Source of the DNA: an uncultured virus (IMG/VR IMGVR_UViG_2600255157_000003)
Lineage: Duplodnaviria; Heunggongvirae; Uroviricota; Caudoviricetes
Strand: one strand, 5' to 3'
Virus record (IMG/VR): IMGVR_UViG_2600255157_000003
DNA: 57,517 bases
Shown: positions 1 through 9,412 of the stretch, piece by piece
Numbering within the stretch: position 1 is the first letter of the stretch
Layout: each line of letters opens with the position of its first letter
The notes under the pieces: generated by a model
The model's database searches: none
Seen by the model: the letters and a program-made list of their open reading frames with translations, nothing else
Told to the model about the DNA's origin: nothing
Made by a program: the position numbers and the translations under genes

Positions 1-37
1 ACATTACCATCAGAGTAGACGTACTGAACATAGTGGG
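1..37 (-). ncRNA. DGR template repeat (TR), 5' part, truncated by window edge
   Basis: 34/37 identical to 594-630; all three mismatches (5/598, 16/609, 34/627) are A in TR and G in VR on the minus strand; lies just downstream of avd. Confidence 0.9.
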
Positions 38-59
38 TCATACAATAGGCAACCTAAAA

Positions 60-428
60 TTATCTTTCTTTATCTTTTGAACGCCAAGCAATACTCATAT
101 ATTTCACATCATTTATTTGTTTCTGCCAATATCCTACTGTATCACTTCCTATTAAATTCAATTTCATAGAAAGTTCTACATAACAAGATAACTTATCACA
201 ACATGAAATCGCTTTTGTTTGCAGTTCTTGACGTTCTGATTTTGAAGTATCCAATTTCAGTCTATTTGCATCAAGCAAATATTCATATATATCCATACAG
301 CGATTTTGGATGCGTTTCACCAATGTTAAATGCTTAACTGGATACCTCTTTCGGTTTGATGTAATTGTCATAGTATATTCCATAAGATTTATTGCTTTTA
401 CAATAACATCCAGTTTCGCTTCGCTCAC
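60..428 (-). CDS. avd: DGR accessory variability determinant (Avd-like four-helix bundle)
   Basis: 122 aa helical protein with KRYPVKH..LVKRIQ and W...I..V..M..AW motifs; between target gene and TR; GAAAGGAG RBS before GTG. Confidence 0.85.
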   Translation of the reverse strand: MSEAKLDVIVKAINLMEYTMTITSNRKRYPVKHLTLVKRIQNRCMDIYEYLLDANRLKLDTSKSERQELQTKAISCCDKLSCYVELSMKLNLIGSDTVGYWQKQINDVKYMSIAWRSKDKER

Positions 429-468
429 TGGCTACTCCGCTCCTTTCAGTCGCTCATAGGCTGTTGAC

Positions 469-490
469 GGCAAGGGCTTACGCCCTCGCC
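469..490 (-). promoter_or_regulatory. DGR target-recognition stem-loop downstream of VR
   Basis: GGCGAGGGC-GTAA-GCCCTTGCC on the minus strand, 3 nt after the target stop codon. Confidence 0.75.
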
Positions 491-493
491 TAG

Positions 494-1300
494 TTACTGG
501 CTATCCGTTACATTGTCGCAAGATCCAAAGATATCAGATTGGAGGATGAAAAACGGACGCACACCCCTGCCATAAACACACCTGCCGTAGCTCACATCAC
601 CATCAGAGCAGACGTACTGAACATAGCGGGAATCTCCTCTCTTTGGTGTTTGATTAGGATTTGCAAGCCAATACAAGTCTTCAATCAATGGAATATTCTC
701 CCCAAACTTCATAAGTAACTGAATATTTGGAATCGCTAAAATATCTCCTTCAACTGTGCCATAGTCCTTAAAACCATCCATAGATGTTAGATCCAGAGAA
801 ATGGGAACCAATTTATCTCCAAATTCTTTCTTTAACTCTGCAGCTAACTCACTATTGACAAGATAATTGCGCACATAGGAATCTGCATAATTATTTGTCT
901 TACCAAACTCTGATTTTTTAAGAATTCCATTCAGAAAATAATATGTAAGGTTCCCATCAGTAACACTTGTCCAATAATGTCCACAAATGAATTTGAAGTT
1001 CTTCTTCCAATCTTCCATATATTTTTCAACGGCATTTCTAAATTCCTGCACGTATCTCTCTGGATCTTTTTCATACCAGTCTGGTACAATATCTTGATCA
1101 ACCTTATATCTCCAGTCTTTTACATCACTCATTCTATCATTATTTTTCGGAATCAACTCAGCTCTCACAAATGTCTTTGTTGCATTCATATGAGTATCTG
1201 CAATTCCAAGGCTTTCTAACAAATCTGAATGACTTTCGTTACCTTTTGGTGTTAATACAACCTTGTTTTTTAAAATAATTCCACTCTTAAACTGACACAT
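494..1300 (-). CDS. DGR target protein with C-terminal C-type-lectin-like (DUF6273-like) variable region
   Basis: YWLANP...VQYVCSDGDVSY...GVRPFF C-terminus; VR matches TR. Confidence 0.85.
   Translation of the reverse strand: MCQFKSGIILKNKVVLTPKGNESHSDLLESLGIADTHMNATKTFVRAELIPKNNDRMSDVKDWRYKVDQDIVPDWYEKDPERYVQEFRNAVEKYMEDWKKNFKFICGHYWTSVTDGNLTYYFLNGILKKSEFGKTNNYADSYVRNYLVNSELAAELKKEFGDKLVPISLDLTSMDGFKDYGTVEGDILAIPNIQLLMKFGENIPLIEDLYWLANPNQTPKRGDSRYVQYVCSDGDVSYGRCVYGRGVRPFFILQSDIFGSCDNVTDSQ
594..630 (-). repeat. DGR variable repeat (VR), part alignable to the visible TR
   Basis: Direct alignment to 1-37 with adenine-only differences. Confidence 0.9.
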
Positions 1301-1360
1301 AATTTATCTCTCCTTTTCTTCTTTGTTAATGTATACTTCTCTTTTCTGTTCTTGAAAGTT

Positions 1361-1522
1361 TCATTTTATGTCTGGTTCTTCATCACTTATAATTCCAATG
1401 CTACGCATGTAATCTTCTTCTAACATTAAAATCGTTTCTATGATTTCCTTACTGGTATCACATCTTTCCGAAATAAAATTAATTGCGTCTTCAAAATCAT
1501 ATACTGGTGTATTGTTATCCAT
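1361..1522 (-). CDS. Small acidic hypothetical protein (53 aa), similar to 54079-54249
   Basis: MDNNTPVYDFEDAINFI...IETILMLEEDYMRSIGII; GGAGG RBS; below ORF-track cutoff. Confidence 0.65.
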   Translation of the reverse strand: MDNNTPVYDFEDAINFISERCDTSKEIIETILMLEEDYMRSIGIISDEEPDIK

Positions 1523-1693
1523 ATCATTTCCTCCAATTTCTAAACCTACAATTATTTTAATTTTGCTTATTGCAATTTAACAACCGACAAGTTACAATAT
1601 ATATTAATGGTATGCCACCTGTGACATGCTTTGCTAAAGTGAATACACCTCGAATAAAGCTCAATTATCAAGCTACAAAGGAGGTGATAAGAC

Positions 1694-1795
1694 ATGGGCA
1701 ATGTACCTATGGTGCGTGTCCGTGCTTACTGGCGGTTCCGTCTGAACAGATGGGAACACGTTCGTAAGCATCTGCGTCATTATCCTAACCGATAA
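1694..1795 (+). CDS. 33-aa Arg-rich peptide with its own promoter
   Basis: MGNVPMVRVRAYWRFRLNRWEHVRKHLRHYPNR; AAAGGAGGTGA RBS; TTGCAA-17-TACAAT at 1570-1598. Confidence 0.7.
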   Translation: MGNVPMVRVRAYWRFRLNRWEHVRKHLRHYPNR

Positions 1796-1856
1796 TGGGC
1801 AGAGGTGGCTATACCAGAAATACCAAATAAAATCAAATTTTCATTGACAAAACATA

Positions 1857-2111
1857 CTAATAAAGCATTTGTCCGCAACCACAATATCCTGGATATTTCA
1901 TCAAATTGTGACACTTTGGACAAAAATATTTTCCTTCAATTATTTCTCTTGAAATTGCGACTTGTTTTTCCAGAGCAATAATCGCTACAGAAATTGCTTG
2001 CCCCAATTCACATTCAGTATCGTCAAAACCGCCTACATATCTTCCATCAATCATTTTTGCAGTTTTTGGATAATTTTTCTTTAATATTTCTATTGCATCT
2101 CTAGTTTCCAT
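1857..2111 (-). CDS. Hypothetical phage protein with C-terminal Zn ribbon
   Basis: ALEKQ...CPKC...CGCGQ; start taken at METRD. Confidence 0.7.
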   Translation of the reverse strand: METRDAIEILKKNYPKTAKMIDGRYVGGFDDTECELGQAISVAIIALEKQVAISREIIEGKYFCPKCHNLMKYPGYCGCGQMLY

Positions 2112-2144
2112 ATAATTCTCCAACCTTTCCACGAAATGAATTTT

Positions 2145-2855
2145 TTATTTCATAATTTTTTCAATATCTTTTTCTATCATCTTATAAGCCTCTTCAATAT
2201 TTCCGTTAAAGATATATTTTACAAAATCATTTTGTGCTTTAATTTCTTTTTTACGTCCTAAATTGCAGATCTTAAATTTTTCTGGACTTTCATCAAACTG
2301 TACGTCTCTAATCTCATTACCAAATTCCCAAAAAAGTCCATAAGTCATTACCTGCTCTAACTCAAAGGCACTTGCAATGTCTATAATCTTCCCTCTCATT
2401 TTCATAAACCATACAGTGTTTTTAAGTGCCGTCATTTCACTATATCCTTTACGATTATGCAAAGCCAGCAACCGATAACGACATTCACCATCCCATTTTT
2501 CTTTGTTAAATTTCTTATCCATGATATTATAAATTTGTATTGTTTCTCCCATTCTCCTATCAAATTCAGCATTCAACTTATCTTTGATATTTTTTTGTTG
2601 CTCATATGGAATACTTTCATACAATTCATGATCAAATCCGAATTCTGATATAACTGTTGCCATATCTCGCAATTCTTCAAAATCCAAAATAGACATATTT
2701 ATTTCCGTTTTTAATCCATCAATACCATACTTTTTAATTACTCTTGCTCTTGCATCTGCAATTATATCTTCATCTGCCCATTTAACAAATTCAGGTGTTT
2801 TATACATAATGTTTTCCTCCAACGCCATATCTTGAAATGTTAGATTTATTGCCAT
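2145..2855 (-). CDS. Hypothetical protein
   Basis: 236 aa ORF overlapping the upstream gene. Confidence 0.7.
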   Translation of the reverse strand: MAINLTFQDMALEENIMYKTPEFVKWADEDIIADARARVIKKYGIDGLKTEINMSILDFEELRDMATVISEFGFDHELYESIPYEQQKNIKDKLNAEFDRRMGETIQIYNIMDKKFNKEKWDGECRYRLLALHNRKGYSEMTALKNTVWFMKMRGKIIDIASAFELEQVMTYGLFWEFGNEIRDVQFDESPEKFKICNLGRKKEIKAQNDFVKYIFNGNIEEAYKMIEKDIEKIMK

Positions 2856-3130
2856 TTAATATCATATCCACAAAGAGTATCAAAAGCATTTCTTTGTTCT
2901 TCTACAATAAACCCCATATTTTCTAATTCTTTCGCGTATAACTCTGGACAGGTATCAACAGTGAGACAGGTATGTTTTCTACCATCTAATTCTGCTTCCA
3001 CAATCCAATGAACACATTCTGATAATTCACTTGTAGATTCCTCAAAGTTGGAACGCATCAGTTTTTTCTTTTCCTCTAAATCCAAAATATTTTTCGTTAC
3101 TTCTTTGAATTGCAACATTGTAAGACTCAT
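2846..3130 (-). CDS. Hypothetical protein
   Basis: 94 aa ORF with GAGGTG RBS, abuts Thg1 stop. Confidence 0.7.
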   Translation of the reverse strand: MSLTMLQFKEVTKNILDLEEKKKLMRSNFEESTSELSECVHWIVEAELDGRKHTCLTVDTCPELYAKELENMGFIVEEQRNAFDTLCGYDIKWQ

Positions 3131-3132
3131 AT

Positions 3133-3987
3133 TTACACCTCTCCCACATTCACAAACCGTTCAATATATTCTCGACCATCGCCTTTGAAAATCGGGATAT
3201 CCTTGTCGATAATCCAATTATTCTCACCTTGTTTCTGATCTCGCAACATACATTTTTCTGTAACTTCATCGCATTCAAGAACAACTTTATTTCTTACCAC
3301 ACAGCTCCCACGTTTCTGATATGTGGGCAAGTCGTTCCAATTAATACCCTTCTGAGTCATAAGCATATCCTGAATATCATTACAGGACTTATGTTGTAAT
3401 TCTTTATGACTGAAATTTGCTTGTCCTACCATCTGAATACTGTTTCTGGAAGCATCAAGTTGCCGCCAGTAAAAATTGTTTGTAACTTCTTCTTTTGGAA
3501 GATTAAATACACGAGAATCAAATACTAATCCCATCTTTATTGCTTTTTTGAGAACTTTAACATATTTTTCTTCTACATCGGAATGATTCCATGCTTCATA
3601 AAAATCATCTATATACATCTCAGCATTACTTGTAAAATATTTATTAAAAGCAAGCGTAGCCATAGCAGCCGAAATAGAAATTATTTTATCAATTCTATAA
3701 TCAAACCACGACTCAGTATTTAGTTTCTCATAATCTACAAGTAATAAAGTTATCTCGTCACTTTGTATGTAAGCACATTGACATCCTTGTATATTCTCAC
3801 ACAAATACTTTGCTGTTTCTTGCATACTTTTCATGAAGATTTCATCAAATGGTCTTTTAAAACCTTTTGTAAATGTGTGTCCAGCCCTTGAATCTAACCT
3901 AATGATTACTGGCAATCTTTTCTGTAAATAATATCTATTGCGTTTTTCATAATCTTTCATTCTATTTGCCAAATCACTTGTATCCAC
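3133..3987 (-). CDS. tRNA(His) guanylyltransferase Thg1-like 3'-5' polymerase
   Basis: IIRLDSRAGHTFT, YIQSDEITL, FDSRVF, WRQLDASRNS and INWNDLP motifs. Confidence 0.92.
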   Translation of the reverse strand: MDTSDLANRMKDYEKRNRYYLQKRLPVIIRLDSRAGHTFTKGFKRPFDEIFMKSMQETAKYLCENIQGCQCAYIQSDEITLLLVDYEKLNTESWFDYRIDKIISISAAMATLAFNKYFTSNAEMYIDDFYEAWNHSDVEEKYVKVLKKAIKMGLVFDSRVFNLPKEEVTNNFYWRQLDASRNSIQMVGQANFSHKELQHKSCNDIQDMLMTQKGINWNDLPTYQKRGSCVVRNKVVLECDEVTEKCMLRDQKQGENNWIIDKDIPIFKGDGREYIERFVNVGEV

Positions 3988-3999
3988 TTTTATTCCTCC

Positions 4000-4515
4000 C
4001 TATATTGTCAAGTGATTTTCCTTAAAAAATCAAGGAATTTATAGTTACATATCTCAGATGAATGAGCCAAGGAGATGGACATTTCTCTGTATCTGGTACG
4101 AAAATAGAGGGTGAAGGGTACACGAAGTAGAACGTCTTTGTTTTCGCTCTACATGGCCTTATGTATACCCATCCTTCTATGGCAGCGTACCTCCCGTGTC
4201 TACCAGGATCACCCTGCATCTCTACTGGGGTCCTAACTTCCTTCGTCCCGCCTGTCCATAACCAGGGTGCCGGCTCAGCTCCTAACCAGGGTCATGCCCT
4301 ATGGAAAATATTCCTGCCGGCTACCAGCTCATTCTTTGTATAAGTCTTACTGACCTGTATGTTTTCCACGGCCGGCACCTTGCGGTGGACGTTTTTCCGG
4401 CCGGTTTTCCATACCTTCCAGCTTTCCTGTCACCGCTGGATTCAGCTCCCGGCAGCGTCTGACGGAGGCTCAGTCCAACTGTGACAGGGCATTGTCTGTT
4501 TTTTCCCGTTGTTTG
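4000..4515 (-). ncRNA. IS110 non-coding end, candidate bridge/seek RNA
   Basis: About 515-nt GC-rich segment with no credible ORF inside the IS, downstream of the recombinase; IS110 elements encode guide RNAs in non-coding ends. Confidence 0.55.
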
Positions 4516-5802
4516 TTATGCTGCCTGTACCTGTGGCCTCTTGATGTCTCCCAGCAGCTTCTTTGGGTCATACTCTACACCTTTTGTGAGGATTGCATAA
4601 AATATCCTTAGTATCTTGCAGGCTACCGCCACTACCGACTGCATCTTTTTCAGCGGGTTCTCCTTCCTCGTCCGGTAGTATTCATGTATCTCCCGGAACT
4701 CTGCATTCTTCCCCACCAGCGATATTGCTGCCTCATACAGTACATATCTCAGGCGTTTCCGCCCACGGTAGCTGATCCGGCTTTCCCCATTATGTTTTCC
4801 GGAATCATTCGCCACGATGGCATATCCTGCCAGCTTCTGCAGCTGTTTGGGATTGTCAAACCGTCCTATGTCCCCAACTTCCGCTATAAAGCCGCTGACC
4901 GTCACCATTCCGATCCCCTTGATAGCCAGCAGGTTGTCTATATATGGGATCTCTTTCAGTTTTTCTTCTATATTTCGGAGCAGTCCCTCCTGCCTTGCTG
5001 TATATACATCCATGTCATCCAGCAGGTTCTTCAGTTCCATCCTTGCGGCTTCCGGTGCTTCCTTGCTTCCAACGCTATGCTCCGCGGCCGTTACAAGGGT
5101 CTTTGCCCTCTTCATTCCAGCACCTCTCAGCTTTGCGTCCCTCCATATCCGGTTCACACCTTCCACTCCCAGTTTTCTGATGTCCTCCGGCAGCGGTGCC
5201 TCCTTCAGCACCATCCTCCCGCTCACCGCCTTCAAATCCCCGTAAACGTCTTTATATTCAGGAAAGTAGATGGCGAACCATCTGGCCAGGCGGTTCTTGA
5301 TCCTCGTGAGCTCCTCCTGCGTCTGGAAGCGCAGGTTCGATAAGCTCCTGATCTCTGCATAGATGCCGACTGGCATGTAAGGGTATGAGAATCTTCCCTC
5401 GTTGACAAGCGCAGCGATCGTCTTGGGATCCTTTCGGTCATTCTTGTTGGGGTTGTTGTCATCCAGTTCTTTCGATTTCTTCACATGGTGGGGATTTACA
5501 TGTACCGGCTTCATTCCGTTATCCTGCAGGAATTTCCCCAGGGCGAACCAATAGTGGCCTGTCGGCTCCATGCCGGGGATTACAGCAGTTTTGCCATGTT
5601 TCTCCGCCATGTCCTCCATCCATGCTTTGAATGTCTGGAATCCGGCCTCTGTGTTGCTGAACTCCAGCGGTTTCTTTGTGTACTCGTAGTTGCGCCAGTC
5701 AAATGCTCGGGCATAATGAGTTTCACTTCCCACATCAATACCAACGATCAAAGTTTTTTCAGTTATGGATGCAATTTTTGCGTTCTGTGTGTTATAATTC
5801 AT
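4516..5802 (-). CDS. IS110 DEDD transposase/recombinase
   Basis: IVGIDVGS, GMEPTGHYW, NKNDRKDP, IKGIG and NDSGK...SRISYRG motifs. Confidence 0.95.
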   Translation of the reverse strand: MNYNTQNAKIASITEKTLIVGIDVGSETHYARAFDWRNYEYTKKPLEFSNTEAGFQTFKAWMEDMAEKHGKTAVIPGMEPTGHYWFALGKFLQDNGMKPVHVNPHHVKKSKELDDNNPNKNDRKDPKTIAALVNEGRFSYPYMPVGIYAEIRSLSNLRFQTQEELTRIKNRLARWFAIYFPEYKDVYGDLKAVSGRMVLKEAPLPEDIRKLGVEGVNRIWRDAKLRGAGMKRAKTLVTAAEHSVGSKEAPEAARMELKNLLDDMDVYTARQEGLLRNIEEKLKEIPYIDNLLAIKGIGMVTVSGFIAEVGDIGRFDNPKQLQKLAGYAIVANDSGKHNGESRISYRGRKRLRYVLYEAAISLVGKNAEFREIHEYYRTRKENPLKKMQSVVAVACKILRIFYAILTKGVEYDPKKLLGDIKRPQVQAA

Positions 5803-5934
5803 CTTGGATACCTCTCTGTTAAATAAGATTTTTACTAACCATCCAAAAGTCAGTAATCTTATTTTACTCTGAGGTATCTTTTTATCAACCACCCTTCTTG
5901 GAATTCCCTATATTTGAATTATACAGGAAGCTCC

Positions 5935-6360
5935 TTATAGTAAGCATGGCAATGCGTTTAAATATTTTTCTTTTAATTCATCTGTCAATGTCTCTGTTTC
6001 AGATAAATGATCCTTCATGTCAGCCATCTTGACCCAATATGCTTCTGGATAAGAATTAAAGTTACTCTTTATATTGATCAAATAATCCTCATATGAAACT
6101 TTTTCTTTATCTCTTGTAAGTAATTCAAGACATTTTTTAATGTAAGAATCATATGACTGAATGTCAGGATCATTAAAATAATCAAACTTCGTATCTTCCT
6201 GTAAATCATGCATAATCGCTAACGCTACACATTTTTCCAACTTTTCCTTTGGAATTGAATTGTCATTTACTACAAATGCAACCACTCTCATTGCATGATA
6301 GTATGTATTTTTATTGTAGTATTTTCTTGCTACTTTAATTGCATCCGTAATCACACTCAT
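5935..6360 (-). CDS. HD-domain hydrolase, SpoT/Mesh1-like (small alarmone hydrolase candidate)
   Basis: YYHAMRV, MHDLQEDT, LLTR and VKMADMKDH motifs. Confidence 0.8.
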   Translation of the reverse strand: MSVITDAIKVARKYYNKNTYYHAMRVVAFVVNDNSIPKEKLEKCVALAIMHDLQEDTKFDYFNDPDIQSYDSYIKKCLELLTRDKEKVSYEDYLINIKSNFNSYPEAYWVKMADMKDHLSETETLTDELKEKYLNALPCLL

Positions 6361-6922
6361 TCTTTTTTCTCACTTTCCTGCTCATTTCTTCATTATCTAT
6401 GGTAATTTTCTTTACAATCTTTTTTACGGGCATATCTACAGGACATTCAGATACTCTCTCTATTCTTGTAACTATAATAGGCGCATTCCCATATCTTGTT
6501 TTTGCCAATACGGTATCACCGACACATAATATACATTCCCATTCTTTCTGAAACTTGTTTGGTACTCTCCAAACCCGTTCTTTAGTTCTTCCTAGATGAA
6601 TACCAAAAACATATAGGGTTTCCATGTCTCTGTACGACTTTGATTTCTTGTTGCTGTTTTTTCTTACTTTTAATTTCCTTCTTTTATATACTTTTTTATC
6701 ATAATCTTTTACTACAACATCTTGTATACCGTTCTCTTTTAGCAATAAATATTGAATATAACCATTTACAAGATAGTCTTTATTATTTACAACAATATCG
6801 TGAAGATAAAATCCATGTTGATCCCAATATTCTCTACACTGTGCAAGCTTGTAATCATTTGGAATAGAATTTTTAAATGAACCTTTAATTCTAATATCAG
6901 ATAATTTCATTACTCTTGTCAT
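6335..6922 (-). CDS. Hypothetical protein with degenerate ParB-like N-terminus
   Basis: IVVN...LVNGYIQY motif. Confidence 0.55.
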   Translation of the reverse strand: MTRVMKLSDIRIKGSFKNSIPNDYKLAQCREYWDQHGFYLHDIVVNNKDYLVNGYIQYLLLKENGIQDVVVKDYDKKVYKRRKLKVRKNSNKKSKSYRDMETLYVFGIHLGRTKERVWRVPNKFQKEWECILCVGDTVLAKTRYGNAPIIVTRIERVSECPVDMPVKKIVKKITIDNEEMSRKVRKKNECDYGCN

Positions 6923-7257
6923 ATTTCAATTTCCTCATTTTCTTCATTTTCACGTTTATCTTTCCACATTTTTCTAAATCTCTCACTAGCAGCTTCTTTT
7001 TGTTCTTCTGTCATTTCCCTTGTAGTGATATTCGATCTGAACGAAATTAAACGCTTATGTGTTTCATATGTCTTTCCGATCAATTCACCATTATGCAATC
7101 TGTGTTCTTCCTTCAGTTTCCAGTGTGGTGACTTATCACTTTCTGCCAATTTATCAAGTTTTGTCATAACAGTGCTGTCAGACGTATAAACAGTGCAAAT
7201 ATCGCTGTCTCTTGTGAAAATGACTGATGTTTCTTGCTCAGAAATATTTAATCCCAT
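6919..7257 (-). CDS. Hypothetical phage protein
   Basis: EQETSV...REMTEEQKEAASERF; GGAGG RBS. Confidence 0.7.
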   Translation of the reverse strand: MGLNISEQETSVIFTRDSDICTVYTSDSTVMTKLDKLAESDKSPHWKLKEEHRLHNGELIGKTYETHKRLISFRSNITTREMTEEQKEAASERFRKMWKDKRENEENEEIEI

Positions 7258-7267
7258 AATACGCCTC

Positions 7268-8719
7268 CTATACATTTATCTTTGCTTTTGCTTCTATGTA
7301 ATTATTTAGTTCTTTCTTCATATGTAAAAAATTTTTTCGCTGATCCGGGAAATACATATTATTTTTTGCAGCATACTGTTCTAACCACTCGTCCAAATCC
7401 ACATCTCGCTCATATGAATACGCCACCAAAGCTAATAATGATTTTCTATTCTCGATATTAAGAAGTTTTGAACCATCTCTAATTGTTTTGTCAGTCAAAC
7501 TATAAAGTGTTTCATTATATACTTCCATTTCTTCAATAACTTTTTCCAGATCCATGTTGAGCACATCAGCAATGAAAGACTCATTTTCTGTGTCACAAAT
7601 GCCATTATCGGTTTCATTTTTTGCGTCTATATGTAAAAATTCGTTCATTAGATTTATGATATAATCAATCTTTCTGTTTATTAAACTTTTATCTTTTGTA
7701 TTGCGGTCGGAATCAATCTTTCCCCAATCTTCACCATCTATTTCTTTGAATTTCAGACTATTAACAAATGCCTTTAAAAATTCGCCAAATCTATCATCTG
7801 AAATATGCAAGTTTGTAAATCTGTTGAATACCATCATCCAGATAAACAAATTTTTCGATGTAAAAAGAGCGGCAACCTCACTTTCATCAATTTTGTCACA
7901 ATATGGAATTAATCTCTTAAAATATACTTCTATATTCTTATATTCCTGTTCTGATGAATTTTCATTAAGGTAATCACACATATCCTTCGGTGTCCTTTTC
8001 CAGTTCTCATAATGATAAATACCCATCACACACTCAGAAATAACCCTTTCCCATATGCCCTTTTCTTTTTCATTTTCCGATAACATAGTACAATCCATTA
8101 AAAATCTGTTCGTATCTTTAATTCTCTTTATTTCATCCGCATATTTACCTATATAAGTAAATGCTTTTTGAGCAGCGTTCATGGCAACATGATTATTATA
8201 AAGAAGTACTAATTCTGATGTTTCTTCAGTTGCACAGTCCTGATATATTACTGTAGTCAATGGACATCCATTAAATTTATTTTTTAACTCCTGTGGCAAA
8301 TCTTCGTATGTTTTTCCTCTGATATCAAATTCTTCTACTTCACATTGGATATTTCCATACTCATCTCTTAAATATTCTCCATTTTCATCAGTTTTTTTCT
8401 TTGTGTAGGGAACAATATAACTTCTTAATTTATTTGTAATTTTATACCCGTTATACTTAAACTGATATAAGGTCTCTGTTCTTTGCCCGCCATCAACAAC
8501 ATAAGTCTGTTTAGTTCCGTCTTTTTTCTTTTCTTCTGCAAGTATTAAGTTGGGAATATATATTTTTCGTGATAATGCACTATATATAAGAGCATTCATC
8601 ATCTCTTTGCCCCAGCAAAAACTTCTTTGTACAGCCTGATCAATCTTTATGTCTTCACTTTCTACACCATCTAAATACTGCCCTACACTTAACGGCTCAA
8701 TCCTATATTCATCTAACAT
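7268..8719 (-). CDS. DUF262 (GmrSD/ParB-Srx fold) protein
   Basis: VQRSFCW and VVDGGQRT motifs. Confidence 0.8.
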   Translation of the reverse strand: MLDEYRIEPLSVGQYLDGVESEDIKIDQAVQRSFCWGKEMMNALIYSALSRKIYIPNLILAEEKKKDGTKQTYVVDGGQRTETLYQFKYNGYKITNKLRSYIVPYTKKKTDENGEYLRDEYGNIQCEVEEFDIRGKTYEDLPQELKNKFNGCPLTTVIYQDCATEETSELVLLYNNHVAMNAAQKAFTYIGKYADEIKRIKDTNRFLMDCTMLSENEKEKGIWERVISECVMGIYHYENWKRTPKDMCDYLNENSSEQEYKNIEVYFKRLIPYCDKIDESEVAALFTSKNLFIWMMVFNRFTNLHISDDRFGEFLKAFVNSLKFKEIDGEDWGKIDSDRNTKDKSLINRKIDYIINLMNEFLHIDAKNETDNGICDTENESFIADVLNMDLEKVIEEMEVYNETLYSLTDKTIRDGSKLLNIENRKSLLALVAYSYERDVDLDEWLEQYAAKNNMYFPDQRKNFLHMKKELNNYIEAKAKINV

Positions 8720-8721
8720 TT

Positions 8722-9381
8722 TTATCTCCTCCTGACTAATCCAGATATACATCTTACATTTTTATACGATCTTATTGCCGCTATACAATCTAAGTATAAC
8801 TTTGTATCTATATGTAATATGCTTTTAATCTCTTCAGATGAATAGCCATCTGCCATAAGCTCTAAAACTCTAATCTGAATTTTTGATAATCTCCCCAAGT
8901 ACCTTTTCATTTCTGGAGAAAACTCTTCTTTAGATCCAATTATTTCTGATAAAACACTTTCTATGGTAAAATCAGACTGTAGCGTATCCCCAATCGTCAT
9001 ATTCTCATATTCATTTAAAGGCGTATCAATAGAAACATCTGTTAAAGGAATTTTCACTTTATTGCCTTTCTCGTCAATAGATTCAATTTTAAATACACGT
9101 TTATCACGATATCGCTTTTTATATTCATCTTTAATAGCAAATAATATGGATCTGTATATATATCCGTCAAAATCTCCTTTAGACGGATCATATCTTTTAT
9201 TCCAGAGAATATCCATTACCACATCACTTCCTATTCCATAAAACTCTTCCATGTCTTTTCCCGTAATTCCACCATAGTGTGTAATAAAAATCTGATTTAT
9301 AACAGTATGAAGTTTTTTTGCGTTATCAGCATAATATGCATTTATTATCTGCTCCAAATAGACATCTGACACCTGTTTCAT
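8722..9381 (-). CDS. Phage sigma-70-like factor
   Basis: YDPSKGDFDGYIY region 2, SIDTPL, and C-terminal LSKIQIRVLEL..DGYSSEEI HTH. Confidence 0.75.
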   Translation of the reverse strand: MKQVSDVYLEQIINAYYADNAKKLHTVINQIFITHYGGITGKDMEEFYGIGSDVVMDILWNKRYDPSKGDFDGYIYRSILFAIKDEYKKRYRDKRVFKIESIDEKGNKVKIPLTDVSIDTPLNEYENMTIGDTLQSDFTIESVLSEIIGSKEEFSPEMKRYLGRLSKIQIRVLELMADGYSSEEIKSILHIDTKLYLDCIAAIRSYKNVRCISGLVRRR

Positions 9382-9412
9382 TTTGATACACCTTCCTAGC
9401 AATATATGTATG

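Larger units (their letters stand above)
3996..5934 (-). mobile_element. IS110-family insertion sequence, complete
   Basis: GC-rich block; CTCC present at both ends (3996-3999, 5931-5934); no terminal inverted repeats seen; left end repeated at 57470-57517. Confidence 0.9.

Noticed and set aside
1570..1767. Track ORF of 65 aa
   Set aside because: Its TTG start is the -35 box; the RBS supports 1694-1795 in another frame
4022..4343. Two short ORFs in the IS110 non-coding end
   Set aside because: No RBS or family features; better explained as non-coding RNA
4593..5826. Several long + strand ORFs inside the IS110
   Set aside because: Antisense shadows of the GC-rich transposase gene, with no motifs
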